Shown in pieces: positions 9,734-19,400 of a stretch of DNA of 64,000 bases. The notes below the pieces were generated by a model that saw only the letters and a program-made list of their open reading frames with translations, was not told the origin of the DNA and did not search any database. Source of the DNA: a virus (lineage: Duplodnaviria > Caudoviricetes); IMG/VR virus record IMGVR_UViG_3300021958_000042, positions 1-64,000 of that record, one strand, 5' to 3'. Positions within the stretch are counted from its first letter, which is position 1; the number at the start of each line of letters is the position of its first letter. Position numbers and translations under genes: made by a program.

Positions 9734-11563
9734 TTAGATTGATACATTTGCTACAATATCACTCAATCCAGCACCAGTAATAATAATATTTACAGATGTC
9801 TCTGCTGATGTTGATGTGGTAACAGTTGTTGTAGTCGCACCACCTGAGAAAGTCATTGTACTACCATCGATAGACAATTCAACATCAGTTGCAATCCTTT
9901 CCCCTGCAATATTATATGCGCTCACATCAACCGTACTGTTAATATCGGAACCAGTATGATTATAAGATGCTTGAGCAGGAGTGATTGTAATTCTTACAGG
10001 AATTGTTGGTGTAATAACATGAATATCTGCATATCCTGAATCTCTACCACCAGCAACCATCCAAATTCTATCTGTGGAGTCTCTGCCTACTGCAAATGCC
10101 TTTTCTGCAATAGTTGTTGTGAGTGTCCAACCATTTACATTATCCCAATTATAGATGTAAAACGCATCTACACCAAAAACACCCAAAAGAGTTTTTGCAT
10201 CATTTAGAAAAACAGATTGTTTTGCAGTTTCTGGAATAGTTACTGTTGAATGATGTGTTAGGGCCGTCGGGTCTGCTGCATCGACTGAATATGTAACGAA
10301 AGTTCTTGCAAGTGCATCAGAATCTACTCTTCTATGTTCTCCGCAAAGATACATAACAGTTAGATATCTATTTCCCCCATTTACAAATGTTTCATTCCAT
10401 ACAACACCCAAGAAACCATATGTATCACTATTTGTGCCTGGCAAGTTTAACATATGTGTAGAGCTTAAATCGCCTGTGATATTTGTTGCCTGATCTCTTG
10501 TGAAAGTATCAGTTGACTGATCCCATCTAAATACAAATGGATGATAGTTATAACTTGTATCAAAGTATGGCACATACCAACATTTATCATTTGCGCCTGG
10601 ATCATCAAAATGTTTTGATGAAATTTTTTGCATCTGACCCATTGTAGCATTCATTGTTCTTGCACCACCATATGAAGTACCAGAAGCGCCTGGCGCGGCC
10701 GTGTTTGAAAACATATCAGTTGTATTATCGGTTGAAATATTATGTCTGCGAATGTAATGGGTGTAGTCTGTATCGTGATGAGTTGCAAGGTATAATGGTT
10801 GTCCATCTTGCGTAGACTGTCCGATATACATATACCAATAAGGATTCGATGCAGAAATATCATATTTGTCATTACTACTGTTGAATGATGAAAATGAGTT
10901 TCTCGCAATACTCATCCATGGCCTGAAAGAATATCCATATCTGAAATATCCAGAAATTCCTGAAACTCTGTCACTGTTTGGGTCTTTTACAGTCCAAAAA
11001 CAAGGTTCTTGGTGATCAGTTGTGTTGGTTGAACCGACATATCCATAAACTGAGGTTGGATTTGTGTCATCCAATTCTCTGTCAGATGAAGGATTAAACC
11101 AAGAATGTTGATAGTACCAGTTATAATGTGATGGTCTATTATTGTATAATAGTAGTTCATCATTTGTATTTGAATCTACAATTCTTCTAAGTGGTGAAGA
11201 TTGGATTGTTGGATCGATTGAAAAAAAGTTCCAGTAATCTACATTATTCAACTGATTTGCCCCATTCGCCCCTTCGTAGTGCCAACAATATGCAGTTTCT
11301 TTAGTTAGCGCCATTGTAGTTGGGTTTCCAGCGCGCAGTGAGTGTGCGTCAGTGACTGTCAATTCAATCCAATTACCAGAAGTATATGCACTAAAATCGT
11401 CAGATTCACTAGACGGTTTTAATCTTAAAGTTCCACCAAACTTTGTTGCCAATGTTGTCTTGTCATGTGTCTGATGATCTAAATATATTGTATTTTTTGA
11501 AGGCCTTGGATCCTCAAATACACTTACTGCCGACCCTCTTGATGCTCTTTTAATTTTTGCCAT
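9734..11563 (-). CDS. Putative fibre-tip / receptor-binding protein, beta-rich (possible propeller) with a C-terminal Ig-like domain (~609 aa)
   Basis: The ORF track starts at 11605, but ATG at 11563 (MAKIKR) follows TAA-GGAG-A8 and is the likelier start. Aromatic-rich beta segments and a T/V/I-rich C-terminal Ig-like stretch. Confidence 0.6.
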   Translation of the reverse strand: MAKIKRASRGSAVSVFEDPRPSKNTIYLDHQTHDKTTLATKFGGTLRLKPSSESDDFSAYTSGNWIELTVTDAHSLRAGNPTTMALTKETAYCWHYEGANGANQLNNVDYWNFFSIDPTIQSSPLRRIVDSNTNDELLLYNNRPSHYNWYYQHSWFNPSSDRELDDTNPTSVYGYVGSTNTTDHQEPCFWTVKDPNSDRVSGISGYFRYGYSFRPWMSIARNSFSSFNSSNDKYDISASNPYWYMYIGQSTQDGQPLYLATHHDTDYTHYIRRHNISTDNTTDMFSNTAAPGASGTSYGGARTMNATMGQMQKISSKHFDDPGANDKCWYVPYFDTSYNYHPFVFRWDQSTDTFTRDQATNITGDLSSTHMLNLPGTNSDTYGFLGVVWNETFVNGGNRYLTVMYLCGEHRRVDSDALARTFVTYSVDAADPTALTHHSTVTIPETAKQSVFLNDAKTLLGVFGVDAFYIYNWDNVNGWTLTTTIAEKAFAVGRDSTDRIWMVAGGRDSGYADIHVITPTIPVRITITPAQASYNHTGSDINSTVDVSAYNIAGERIATDVELSIDGSTMTFSGGATTTTVTTSTSAETSVNIIITGAGLSDIVANVSI

Positions 11564-11574
11564 TTTTTTTCTCC

Positions 11575-11814
11575 TTAGAATGATACATCTAAATCTTGAT
11601 ACCAAGCAACAACTTCATCAAGGTCTACCCAATCACTTCTTGTTCCATCTGAATTGGTTTTCCAAGGTTGTAAAACTAAACTTGTTTTATTTCCATCTGC
11701 ATCTACTGCGAAAATTTCTGCTACACCATCTACAAGTGTTGCGTGAAAATTGAATGTGACTGTTGCAGTTTCACCATTCTCATCCACAACACTCATTTCT
11801 TTGGTAAAGTCCAT
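11575..11814 (-). CDS. Small acidic hypothetical protein (79 aa), possible fibre assembly/adaptor protein
   Basis: Preceded by a GGAG SD and a late promoter box; positionally equivalent to 2475..2744. Confidence 0.65.
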   Translation of the reverse strand: MDFTKEMSVVDENGETATVTFNFHATLVDGVAEIFAVDADGNKTSLVLQPWKTNSDGTRSDWVDLDEVVAWYQDLDVSF

Positions 11815-11836
11815 TGTATTTCTCCGATTTTTCTAC

Positions 11837-11844
11837 TATTTATA
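11837..11844 (-). promoter_or_regulatory. T4-type late promoter (TATAAATA) overlapping the stop codon of 11840..13465
   Basis: Perfect TATAAATA ~23 nt upstream of the ATG at 11814. Confidence 0.65.
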
Positions 11845-13465
11845 CTTTTTTATATGTAAACTGGACATAAAGATCTTCTCCAGTATTCGTTGTTCCAATA
11901 CTCGTAACATCGACGGTTAAATAGTCATTTGCATTCATATTAATTGTCTGATCTGCAATTGTTGTAGTTGTTGTATTTGCAGTAAAAGAGTATGTTTCTT
12001 CTGAAACTCCATTCTTTTTGATATCAACACCAACGGTTGCATCAGCGGCAGTTCCAAGTCTTGAAGTAATTCCTGTTACCTGTAAATTATATGGTGCATA
12101 CCATCTCTTAGTACCAGTGTGTACTTGTAGAGCTCCCCCTTGATGTAGGTTTATATTGAATATTGTTTCGTCTTTAATTTTTGTGGAAACTTCTGTATCA
12201 TTTAAACCAGTTTCAACTACAGTAGATTCGCTGATAACTTTTTCCACCTTAGACTGAAATTGGGCTGTATCATCCATATATTCGCCCATGTCTTTTGCTT
12301 TAAATTTACTTGCTGTTCCATCCCATACAAGTGTCAGATTATCTACATCTTCAATTACCGGCACTGGTTTTATTTCTACTGAAGTTTTATGACCTTGTTG
12401 GTCGTGTTGAAAATATAGAATATAATTATTATCTGCATTTGTTTCCACCACAAGGTCTTTTATTGTAATTGTACCTCTCATTGCGCCATGAATACCACAT
12501 TGATAATATAATGTATCCGGCGCATTAGCTGGAACAGTAAACACAAGAGTGCCACTTTCATTTCTAGAACCAGTGACGCCATCTATATATTCTCCGACAT
12601 ATGTACCAGAAACATAGTTTGTACCATCATCCGTAGTAAGATAAAATGGATGCCCAGAAAGACTTGCATCTAGATTGAATGTGTATGTTCCGCCTCTATA
12701 CAACGGATTTAAATCTGGGTTATCTCCAGCTGCCGAACCTCCAAAAGTATAAAATCCCGTGTTGGTAAACGATACATCATATGAAACTGTTGGTGGTGTA
12801 AGTGTTGGTAATGTTATTGCGGATGGCACATTAATATTTAATCTTTGCACTTCTGTGGCTTGTCCACCGTTGATATCTGGATGAGTCACACCAGTTACAT
12901 TCAAAGTAGAAGTTGCCCAAGAAACAAGATTGTCTGTTCCTGGCCCGTCTATCCACTTGAGATAGATTTTATGTGTTTGTGTCATTGAACCATGTAAATC
13001 ATGGGCAGCAAAATTATTTACAACATATGTACCATCATTATACAATGGAATATTTGATTGTACTGCGTTAGTGATTTTAAGTCTTGTGTATGCAACTTTA
13101 CCAGCATCCCAAGTCCATTTCCAATCATGCCCCCCACCAGCACCTGGCGCATCAACATTGATAGTGAAAGTTTCTGGATCGATTGTGAGGTCAAAGTCTA
13201 AAATATCAGTTTGAGAAAATGTTTTGTCTCCAAGATATAGAGTGCCAGCACTCAAATATAAATCTCTGAATTTATTAGTAGCACTTCCTAAATCATAAGT
13301 TTCGTTTGCATCTGGAATTATATGTCCAGTTATATCTCCAATTGTGGTAGGAATAGAAGTCAGGGTTGCAATCCAAACTCCTTTTGCTGCATTATATGTC
13401 CAACTTTTTGAGCCCGCAGTGTGTGTATTCCCATCACTTGGACTATCTGGAAAATTAATTGGCAT
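11840..13465 (-). CDS. Tail fibre protein with cupredoxin-like domain; paralogue of 2754..4472
   Basis: MPINFPDSPSDG module; GHIIPDANETYDLGSATNKFRDLYLS; GHPFYL...APDTLYYQCGIHGAM; C-terminal GTKRWYAP...DYLTVDVTSIG domain. Confidence 0.8.
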   Translation of the reverse strand: MPINFPDSPSDGNTHTAGSKSWTYNAAKGVWIATLTSIPTTIGDITGHIIPDANETYDLGSATNKFRDLYLSAGTLYLGDKTFSQTDILDFDLTIDPETFTINVDAPGAGGGHDWKWTWDAGKVAYTRLKITNAVQSNIPLYNDGTYVVNNFAAHDLHGSMTQTHKIYLKWIDGPGTDNLVSWATSTLNVTGVTHPDINGGQATEVQRLNINVPSAITLPTLTPPTVSYDVSFTNTGFYTFGGSAAGDNPDLNPLYRGGTYTFNLDASLSGHPFYLTTDDGTNYVSGTYVGEYIDGVTGSRNESGTLVFTVPANAPDTLYYQCGIHGAMRGTITIKDLVVETNADNNYILYFQHDQQGHKTSVEIKPVPVIEDVDNLTLVWDGTASKFKAKDMGEYMDDTAQFQSKVEKVISESTVVETGLNDTEVSTKIKDETIFNINLHQGGALQVHTGTKRWYAPYNLQVTGITSRLGTAADATVGVDIKKNGVSEETYSFTANTTTTTIADQTINMNANDYLTVDVTSIGTTNTGEDLYVQFTYKKV

Positions 13466-13469
13466 TTTC

Positions 13470-16400
13470 TTATCTCTCCATTAACAGCCAACCCTGAGTT
13501 GAGTTATAATAAACTAACCCAAATGCCGCCCTATCTGTATCTATAGTTAAATTATCAGCAACTCCTTGAATGTTATTTCCGTTTCTAGCAACAGTAATAT
13601 TATTTGTAGATGCATTTCCGGTGGCATCAATTATTCTAATTTCATCCCCCATAGATGGAGATGCTGGTAGAGTTACAGTGACTACACCACCGCTACAATC
13701 AACAAAAAGTTTGTCTCCGGCGCTTGCTGTATGGTTTGTCGTTTCTTGCCAAGATGGTGTTGTAGAAGAACCAGACTCACCTGACACATTCACCCACTGT
13801 GTTCCATAATAGACAAGCAATACTGCATATCTACTATCAAACCACATATCCCCTTCTGTTGGAGATGTAGGAGCACTATCAGATACAGTTACGGAAGAAC
13901 CTCCAGACCCACCACTTGAAGTAGCTCCAATAAGATTTACCCATTGTTCAGATGTTCCGTCATTATATCTAAAATATAGAGTTCCATCCGTAGAATCAAA
14001 CCACATACTATTTTCAACTGGATTGCTTGGCGCAGTGTCTGCTGCAGTGATTGGAGTTGATGCTCCAGATGGATTAGATTGTATCCATTGAGAAGATGTA
14101 CCATCATTAAAGTATACATACATCTTTGTATTTGATGAATTAAACCATAAGTCACCCTCAGAGGGAGAAGTTGGTGCCGTATCTGAAACTGAAACTGAAG
14201 CTCCACCGCCGCCACCACCTGATGATTGTGCAATCCATACATAATCAGTACCATTCCAAGATAATACTTGATTTGCAGTTGCAGTTGATGTATTAATATG
14301 GGTATCTACTGCGCTATCTGTATATACAGATGGAATATCTGAATAATTCGCAAGTTTAACCCAAGACCCTGCATGAGCAAAATAACCAGCGCCAGTCGAA
14401 TGTACATGAGCAAACATGCCGTGATATGTAGTTGCGCTTGGTAAATCTCCTTCAGTTGCATACATGTTTGCGAAAAGAACTTTGTTTCCGCCCATGTCCA
14501 GATCAGATGAAGTAACATCTACATTTCCTGGCTTCCATTCACCATTACCATTATCCCAAATGAGCGCTTGGCCATCTGTTGGAGCAACTGTAGAAGTATC
14601 TACATCTGAAAGATGGTCTAACTCTATCGTCGATGCAACTGTGGTGTTAAGCATCGAACCTTCGACAACTTCCATTTCAAAATATGTTGTTCTATTTACT
14701 ATGGCTGAGCCCGCATCCTGTCCGTAAACCCAAACTTCAAAATAGTCTCCTTGGTTAACCTCTAATATTGGAGTAACCGTATTAACAGTGTCATTTCCTG
14801 CTGAGTCTATTTCGTTATAACCAACAGAAGTGTCAGCACTATCTGTCAGCTGATTATTATTAGAATCATAATGATAAATCTGAATCATTGTTTGACCAGC
14901 AACATCATTTATTCTTGCCCCTGCAGACAATCTTACTTTTTCAACACCTGCCGGAATAATCATTCTAGAGTTTGTAGCGTCTGAAATTGCCTGAGATGGA
15001 GAATTGTCTGTAGAAACTGTTGTAAAATTGTCTAATTTTGACCAAGTAGTTCCACTGAAGCCCTCATTACTAGTCAATTTTAATATCGCATAAATTGGTT
15101 TTGGTGTGTATGTTACTGATAATGCACCTGTTGCTGCATATGCAACCCTTGCATCCACTCTAGATTCAGTATAATAAAGGTTGGTGGAACCTTCTGATAA
15201 ATCATCTGTATTATGATTTGAAATGTCAGAAACGGTTGTTGCAGTATCGGCATTACCGGCAAGATTTCCTATAAAACTTCCAGTCAATAAATTTAGATTG
15301 CCAGCAACATCGAGAGTCATTCTTCTAACTGGTGCAATACCAGATGTCGGAGAACCAGATACAAATTGTAGATTGCCGCCACTATTTGTTACCAAATCAT
15401 CTGGAGATTCATATATTTGCCAAGCATTTCCGCCCAACCATTCAATACCCTCATTGGGGCCAGGGTCTGCAATGAATATTTTATTTACGTTGTCTAGTGA
15501 ACTATTTCCGATATTGATCTTATTAGAACTACCAGCACTCAATGTTGCATTAGCAGGAATGGTAATGTTTCCATTTACATCTATTCCAGTATTGCTAACA
15601 GAAAGTCTTCTTGTTCCGCTATATGTTACTTGGAGATTTCCAGCAGTATTTGTTGTTAAATCATCTGGAGATTCAAATATCTCTATATTTCCGCCAGTCC
15701 ATCTAAGTCCTTCATTCGGGCCCGGATCTGCAAATGTAATATAATTTACATTCAATAATTCGTTGTTGGCCATATCTATATTACCAGACATGGTTCCGCC
15801 GGATAGTGCCAGTTTAGTTGCAATAGAATTTGTTATTGTCACACTAAAGTTTGCATCATCTCCTAGTGCGGCAGCTAGTTCATTAAGAGTGTCTAATGTG
15901 GTTGGCGCAGTGTCAACTAAATTTGCAATAGCAGTATTTACAAATGTTTCGGTTGCAAATGTATTATTTGATCCCCCAGCTGTTGGTGTTACTAAAAGAG
16001 AACCAGAAGATTCTGTGAGGGTAATTCCCCCAAGTATAATACTATTTCCGCTCAGATATAAATCTCTAAATTTATTAGTAGAGCTACCCAAATCATATGC
16101 AACATCTGTATCTGGTATAATATGCCCAGAAACATCTCCCAATTTAGTTTGTACTCTTGCGTCTGTGTAATAAAGATTTGTTCCCTCTGCAACATCTGTT
16201 GTTGATTTAGTTGCAAAATCAGTATCAAAATCAGAACTAGTATAGCCAGGCGCTGGAGTTCCCCAAGAGTAATCTGTACCATTCCAGATTAAAGTTTGCC
16301 CATTAGTTGCAGAAGAAACATTTAAGTGTGTATCAACTCTTGCGTCCGTGTAATAAAGATTTGAAGAACCTTCAAATAATGCATCAGTATCTGCGATAGA

Positions 16401-19400
16401 ACTCCCACCCCCAGAAGATTCGATCCATTGGGCACCACTACCGTCATCATAGTAAATGAATGTTTTGAGTGCATCGGAGTCAAACCATAGATCGCCAGCA
16501 GATGGACTTGTTGGGGCAACATCAGAAATTTCAATAGATGTTCCACCACCCCCTATAGCTCCTGTTGGATTTGATTGTACCCATTGAGAAGATGTTCCGT
16601 CATTATAATATACATATGTTTTTAATTCGTCAGTATCGAACCACAAATCTCCATCATTAGGACTTGTAGGTGCAGTAGAGCTTGTAGTAACAGATGCTCC
16701 ACCACCAGATTGTGCAATCCACTCATAATCACCTGTACCTTGTAATCCACCTGTAGCATTCCAACTTAGTATTTCTCCATCAGATATAATAGTTGTACCA
16801 CCCGAATTATTTTTATTCAGATGAAAATCAACTTCATCTTGAATAGTATCACCAAGTCCACCTACGTTTGCACCACTAAAATTTACCGTAGTATCCCTAA
16901 AGTCTAAAGTTGTAAGTTGTGCGTTGATAGAACCGCCTGTACCTAAGTCTAAACTACCAGCCGCCACTTTGCCATTAACAACTACGCCCTGTGCGTTATC
17001 TGCGATATTTGCCAAACCAACATCAGAATTTGAAAGACCGTTTACAGTTGCACCACTAAATATAACAGTAGAATTTGAAAAATCTATAGTACCAAGTGCC
17101 GCATTTATACTACCGCCAGTGTCTACATTTAATGTGGTAGTTTGAATGGGTCCTGTAATCCATGTATCTGAGGTGATACGCTCAACAAACATTTCCTTCC
17201 CGACACTAACTTTTCCGCCCATGCCGCTGTGATTCGCACAGTAGTAATACAGCCGTGGAGTTGCATTCGTAACCACAAACTCAACATATGCACCCGCATT
17301 GCCCGCCGTACCATTAACAGTTACACCTGTTGTGTATTCTGTTGCGCCACCACCAGCATGTGTTCCATCTGAAACTTCAGAAAATCTAAGTGGGTGTGAG
17401 TTATTTGACGCATCTGACTGATCAAAACGATAAGTTCTGCCTGGCTGTAGTGTTACAATTCCTTGTTGTTCACCATCAATATAGAAGTTTCCACTAGAAG
17501 TTGTTACTGATACAGTACTGTAAAGTTGATCTCTAACTCTAGCATCTGTATAATAAAGATTTGTAGAACCCTCTGAAAGATCATCTGTCGTTTGAGCTAC
17601 AAAGTTTTGTAGGTATCTACCGTCCAAATTCACACTAGCTGCAGTCGATGAATCATCCCTAGTGAGTGTCAGTGTACCATTTGAGAAAGTCGCAGTATCA
17701 ACTCTTGATAAATTTGTATCATCAAAAAATTGACTGAAATCTACAGTAAATGTAGATGCATCATCTCTTGTAAATGTAGCAATACCATTTGCAGCAAGCG
17801 AACCAGAAGTAAGTCTTGCAAGATTTGTATCGTCAAGATATAGAGATAAATCAATATTAGTTGCATTGCCGTCTTCATCTGTATATGTTAATATATTACC
17901 AGCAATTCCCAGAGTTGTTGTAGTTTCACTCGTAATGCCCTGATTAGACAAATATGAGGCAACTCTCGAATCAGTATAATAGAGATTTGTACCTTCTACC
18001 AAATCAGTAGTAGATTTGGTTGCAAAGTCTGTATTAAAATCTATAGATGTATATGTTGACAATCCGTTAATTTGATTTTGCAATCCTATGTCGGCTTGCT
18101 CTCTATCATAAATTTCATCATCCAAATCGGATTGGATTGCGCCAGTTTGTGCTGCAACTTGTTGGGTTACAATTGCATTTACATTTGAAGTTGAAACTCC
18201 ATCAGTAATACCATATCCAGCAAGTGTTGTTGGTTTACCAGTAAGACTGCTAAATTGTCCGTCAAAGAGTGTTGGAAGATTTGTAAGTGAATTATAATCT
18301 CCGTCAAACAAACCAGCATTAGTAATTCTTGCATCTACTCTAGCATCTGTATAGTATAGATTATTTCCTTCTGCCAAATCTGTTGTAGATTTTGTGGATA
18401 ATGAAGAATCAAATCTTGCTTGAGTATAGTAAAGATTTGTACCTTCTGCCAAATCTGTTGTAGATTTCCCAGAAAAGTCTGTATTAAAATCTGCAGAAGT
18501 GTATGGATTTGATGCAGTAATTCTTGCGTCTACTCTAGCATCAGTATAATATAGATTTGTTCCTTCACTTATATTAGATGTGGATTTTCCTGTTAACCAA
18601 GTATCAGCAGTCGTATTAAAATCAGAAATCGCTAGTTTAGTCGCAATAGAATTGGTGATTGTTGTACTAAAGTTTGCGTCATCTCCAAGTGCTGCCGCAA
18701 GTTCATTAAGAGTATCTAATGTGCCAGGGGCGCTATCGATTAATGCGGAAATTGCAGAGTCGATATCACTCTGTGTTACAGAACCTGCTGCAGTAATTCT
18801 AGCATCAACTCTGGCATCAGTATAATAAAGATTTGTCGAACCTTCAGAAAGATCGTCAGTATCTTTTGTTGCAAAGTCTGTATTAAAATCGCTAGTTGTG
18901 TATGATGATATTGCATTTATTTGTGTTTGTAGTGAAATATCAGCTTGTTCTCTATTATAGATCTCATCATCTAAATTAGAATTAACGATTGCTATCTGAG
19001 AATTAACATATGTTGTAGTTGCAAGTGAAGTTGTTGCAATATATGCAGCAACTCTTGCGTCTGTATAATAAAGATTTGTGCCCTCAGTTAAATCTGTTGT
19101 GGATTTTACAGAGAAATCTGTGTTGAAATCGGAAGATGTATAGAGTCCGGCCGAAGAAATTCTTGCGTCCACTCTAGCATCTGTATAATAGAGATTTGTA
19201 CCTTCTGCAAGGTTGGTTGTAGATTTATTACTTAAATCTAAATTTGTACCAGTTTGTAAATTGACTCTTGCATCTGCTCTCGAATCGGTATAATATAGAT
19301 TAGTAGAACCTTCTGATAAATCATCAGTGTCTTTGTTACTTAAATCTAGATTAGAACCTGATTGTAATGCAATTCTAGCATCTGTTCTGGCATCTGTATA

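Noticed and set aside
2471-11605. Long gene overlaps implied by the ORF-track starts at 2512 and 11605
   Set aside because: Downstream ATGs at 2470 and 11563 have SD motifs and remove the overlaps.
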